From the NCBI GenBank assembly GCA_030390025.1, contig JASTWF010000098.1, positions 744,001 through 808,000 of the forward strand: DNA of 64,000 bases. The letters run 5' to 3'. Made by a program: the position numbers and the translations under genes. Shown piece by piece: positions 59,683-64,000 of this stretch (positions within the stretch are counted from its first letter, which is position 1; the number at the start of each line of letters is the position of its first letter). Under the pieces are notes generated by a model, which saw only the letters and a list, made by a program, of their open reading frames with translations, was not told the origin of the DNA and ran no database searches. The DNA comes from Squalus acanthias (Eukaryota).

Positions 59683-59896
59683 ATAACAACAGAAAATGCT
59701 GGAAAACTCAGCAGGCCAGGCAGCATCCGTGGAGAGAGAAACAGAGTTAACGTTTCAGGTCTGGGATCCTTCAGAAGGGTCCCAGACCTGAATTGTTAAC
59801 TGTTTCTCTCTCCACGGATGCTGCCTGGTCTGCTAAGTTTTCCAGCATTTTCTGTTGTTATTTCAGATTTCCAGCATCCGCAGTATTTTGCTATTA
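59683..59896. mobile_element. Second Penelope-like palindromic non-autonomous element
   Basis: Imperfect inverted arms of about 90 bp centred at 59773, asymmetric tail, exact 15-bp TSD tattacttttgtgca (59668-82 / 59897-911). Confidence 0.8.
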
Positions 59897-60258
59897 TATT
59901 ACTTTTGTGCACCTGACTCTCGGTACTTCAGTCACACATTCAATCTGTAGCAGCAGAAATCCAAGTCTGTCTGTAGTAACCACTAAAGGCTACACGATGG
60001 CTGCTCCTGGTGAAGGTCCACCTAGTTTCTGCTCATTGCCTCACTAGAGTACAGTGGTGGGCAAGGGTGGGAGCTGTTCAAACAATGTCCCACAATCTCC
60101 CGCTGTCCTAACCAGCACCCTCCATTAACTAGTGTCCCAACGTCTTCTGACCAGGATTCCTCCATCAACCAGTATGAGCAAAAAACACAATAAACTGGCC
60201 ATTCGGGTCACTGATGTTTGTGGGACTTTGCTGGTTTAGGCAAACACAGCATCCGTTC

Positions 60259-61637
60259 TACATAAGAAGCATAGAAGATAGGAGCAGGAGTAGGCCATTC
60301 GGCCCCTCGAGCCTGCTCCGCCATTTAATGAGATCATGGCTGATCATCCAAATTCAGTACCCTGTCCCTGCTTTCTCCCCATATCCCTTGATCCCTTTAG
60401 CCTTAAGAAATATATCTATCTCCTTTTTGAATATATTTAATGAATTGGCCTCAACTGCCTTCTGTGGTAGAGAATTCCACAGGTTCACCACTCTCTGGGT
60501 GAAGAAATTCCTCCTCATCTCAGTCCTAAATGGCTTACCCCTTATCCTTAGACTGTGGCCTCTGGTTCTAGACTCCCCCGCCATCGGGAACATCCTTCCT
60601 GCATCTAGTCTGTCTAGTCCTGTTAGAACATAAGAAATAGGAGCAGTAGGCCATTCTGCCCCTCGAGCCATTCAATAAGATCATGGCTGATCTGATCTTG
60701 GCCTCAACTCCACTTTTCTGCCTTTTCCCCATAACCCTTGACTCCCCTGTAGTTCAAATATCTGTCTATCTCAGCCTTGAATATATTCAATGACTCAGCT
60801 TCCACAGCTCTCTGGGGTAAAGAATTCCAAAGATTCATGACCCTCAGAGAAGAAATTCCTCCTCATCTCCGTCTTAAATGGGTGACCCCTTATTCTGAAA
60901 TTGTGCCCCTTAGTTCTAGATTCTCCCACAGGGGGAAACATCCTCTCAGCATCTACCCTGTCAATCCCCCTCAGAATCTTATATGTTTCAATAAGTCTCA
61001 TTCTTCTAAACTCCAATGAGTATAGGCCCAACCTGCTCAACCTTTCCTCATAAGATAATCCCTTCATCCCAGGAATCAACCTAGTGAACCTTCTCTGAAC
61101 TGCCTCCAATGCAAGTATATCCCTTCTTAAATAAGGAGACCAAAACTGTACGCAGTACTCTAGGTGTGGTCTCACCAACGACCTGTACAGTTGTAGCAAG
61201 ACTTCCCTACTTTTATACTCCATCCCCCTTGCAATAAAGGCCAACATTCCATTTGCCTTCCTAATTACTTGCTGTACCTGCATGCTAACTTTTTGTGTTT
61301 CATGTACGAGGACCCCCAGATCCCTCTGTACCGCAGCATTCTGTAGTCTCTCTCCATTTAAATAATATTTTGCTTTTCTATTCTTCCTACCAAAGTGGAT
61401 AACCTCACATTTTCCCACATTAAACTCCATCTGCCAAACTTTTGCCCACTCACTTAACCTATCTCTATCCCTTTGCAGACTCTTTGTGTCCTCCTCACAA
61501 CTTGCTTTCCCACCTATCTTTGTATCGTCAGCAAATTTGGCTACAGTACACTCGGTCCCTTCATCCAAGTCATTAATATAGATTGTAAATAGTTGAGGCC
61601 CCAGCACTGATCCCTGTGGCATCCCACTAGTTACAGT
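60259..61637 (-). mobile_element. Two tandem CR1 copies (60259-60625 and 60626-61637)
   Basis: ORF 60795..61622 (PQGSVLGPQLFTIYINDLD...KFADDTK...LVRPHLEYCVQFW); two separate tails. Confidence 0.93.
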
Positions 61638-62012
61638 TACAGGGTGGGCCAGGACTGGGCTGAATTAGGAAACAGCTGGATGGTGTAATGGAGAGGTGGT
61701 AGGGTTAAGATTGAGGTGGATGGGATCAAATGGGCTGAAGGGACCTTTTCATCTGGACTGATTGTGAATTTCTTGTATATAAATGAAAAAGTAAATTGAA
61801 ATACAAATTATACAGTAATATGGGATTCACAGTTGCAATCTCCAACAGAAAACAACCACAAAGATCCCATTGCACTGTTTGAAGGAGAGCAGGGAAGTTC
61901 TCCCGGTGTCCTGGCCAACATTCCTCTCTCCACCAACAATACCAAAACCAGTTTAACTGGTCATTCATCTCAGCGCCATTTGTGGGATCTTACTTATAGA
62001 CAAAAGACACGA

Positions 62013-62336
62013 ACAGGAGTTCAAATCCCACCAAGGGCAGTTTGAGAATTTGAATTCAGTTTAAAAAATCTGGAAATAAAAAGCTGGTCTCAGAAGCCAT
62101 CAGGTTGTCGTAAAAACCCAACTGGTTCACTAATGTCCTTTAGGGAAGGAAACCTGCCGTCCTTACCCGGTCTGGACCGATATATGACGCCAGTCCCACA
62201 CCAACGTGGTTGACTCTTCACCGCCCTCTGTGGTGACATAGCAAGACACTCGGTTTGTATCAAATCACTACCAGCGGTTCAAGAAGAAAGCCCACCACCA
62301 CCTTCTCAGGGCAACTAGGGATGGGGCAATAAATGT
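62013..62336 (+). mobile_element. Third, more diverged copy of the short SINE related to the tRNA-headed LINE
   Basis: ggagttcaaatcccacc...ctggttcactaatgtcctttagggaaggaaa...gcggttcaagaag...agggcaactagggatggggcaataaat. Confidence 0.85.
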
Positions 62337-62409
62337 CCAGATCCAAACAGTGATGTCCAGTACGAACACTTGTAGATTTTCCTCAGTGATCATTAGCCCA
62401 GCGCTTCCC

Positions 62410-62546
62410 CCAAGCTTTTGGTCACCTGTCCTAATATCTCTATGTGGCTCGGTGTCAATTTTTGTCTGATAATCGCTCCTGTGAAGCACCTTGGGACCTT
62501 TTACTACGTTAAACGCGCTATATAAATACAAGCTGTTGGTGTTGTT
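62410..62546 (+). mobile_element. L2-type 3' terminus
   Basis: caagcttttggtcacctgtcc...cgctatataaatacaag. Confidence 0.8.
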
Positions 62547-63054
62547 AAGTGCCTTCTGCCAAATGTGGGCTCATCACTTCCAGATCTGCCTGTAATCTAT
62601 TTTTCTCATCTAAAGGCTACAAGTCTACGGACCAAGAGCTGGAAAGTGGACTTAGGCTGGATAGCTTTTTTGCGGCCGGCACAGACACAATGGGCCGAAT
62701 GGCCACTTCTGTGCCGTAAACTTCTATGATTCTTCTATGAAAGGTCCGTACACCTACACAAATTTTGTATCATCCACAAACTTGCAGAGGGTTCTCCCGA
62801 TACCTTCGTCCAGATCATTAAAAAAGACTGGTGAAAAACAATGGCCCCATCACTGATTCCTGGTGTTTTACAATTGGCTTCATCGGCCCCAGGGTTAAGG
62901 AGGCAGGGGGGAAACAAATCAGCCAGTGATCCCGTTCCTGATCACTATCCAGCAAAAAAGATTTACAAGGATGATACCAGAACTGAGACGCTACAACTAC
63001 CAGGAAAGGCTGAACAGGCTGGGGCTCCTTTTGCTAGAAAAAAGACTGAGGGAA

Positions 63055-64000
63055 GACGACTGAGAGAGCACTTTAACATTACCAAGGAAGAGGATTTTGC
63101 CAAAGCTATGATAAACAAGGAGGTTGCTGGGATACTGTGAGAGAAAAATAGATAGAGGAGGTACTAGAAAGGCTGGCGGTAATTAAAATGGATAAGTCAC
63201 TCAGTCCGGATGGGATGCATCCTAGGTTATTGAGGGAAGTAAGGGTAGAAATTGTGGAGGTGCTGGCCACAATCTTCCAATCCTCCTTAGATATAGGGGT
63301 GGTGCCAGAGGACTGGAGGATTACAAATGTTACACCCTTGTTCAAAAAAGTGGATAAGGATAAACCTGGCAATTACAGGCCAGGCAGTTTACCGCCGGTG
63401 GTGGGGAAGCTTTCAGAAACAATAATCCGGGAGAATATTAACAGCCACTTGGACAAGTGTGGACTAATAAAGGAGAGCCAGCACGGATTTGTTAAGGGCA
63501 AATCGTGTTTGACTAACTTGATTGAGTTTTTGATGAGGTAACAGAAGGTGGATGAGGGCAGTGCAGTTGATGTTGTGTATATGGACTTGCAAAAGGCGTT
63601 TGATAAAGTCCCACATATTAGGCTTGTTGGCAAAATTGAAGTCCATGGGATAAAAGGGGCAGTAGCAGCATGGATACAAAATTGACTAAGAGATAGAAAA
63701 CAGAGAGTTGTGGTGAATGGCTGTTTTTTCGACTGGAGGGTGGTATACAGTGGAGATCGCCAGGGTTCAATACTAGGACCACTGCTGTTTTTGATGTACA
63801 TTAATGACTTGGACTTGGGGGTACAGGGCACAATTTTGAAATTTGCAGATGACACAAAACTTGAAAATGTAGTAAACAGTGAGGAAGATAGTGACAGACT
63901 TCAAGAAGACATCGACAGGCTGGTGTAATGGGCGGACACGTGGCAGATGAAATTCAACACAGAGAAATGTGAGGTGATACGTTTTGGTAGGAAGAATGAG
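63055..64000 (+). mobile_element. CR1 LINE RT region, running off the window
   Basis: DKSLSPDGMHPRLLREV, PGNYRP, SQHGFVKGKSCLTNL, QGSILGPLLF, KFADDTKL. Confidence 0.93.

Overview
Eukaryotic, repeat-dominated, apparently non-coding DNA (intronic or intergenic). The repeat content (CR1/HER1-type LINEs, HE1-type V-SINE, DeuSINE/SacSINE1-type SINEs, L2, Penelope-derived palindromes) points to a cartilaginous fish. I can support no host protein-coding exon: every recognisable ORF is a decayed retrotransposon fragment or a reading of tandem repeats. The best candidate for a new system is a 3.4-kb element at 9758-13203. It carries a tRNA-derived Pol III head fused directly to an APE-endonuclease/reverse-transcriptase ORF with no ORF1, inserted as one unit, and has almost no TTTT terminators on its sense strand. 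Two short SINEs in the window (20175-20636, 62013-62336) share its head and tail. Other highlights are a perfect 100-bp-arm palindrome carrying minimal Penelope-type hammerhead ribozyme motifs that covary with a second copy, minisatellite arrays repeatedly hit by transposons, a double hAT-MITE insertion at one site, dispersed minisatellite families and several enhancer-like unique islands. Family names come from motif recognition and memory, not database searches, and boundaries of old elements are approximate.
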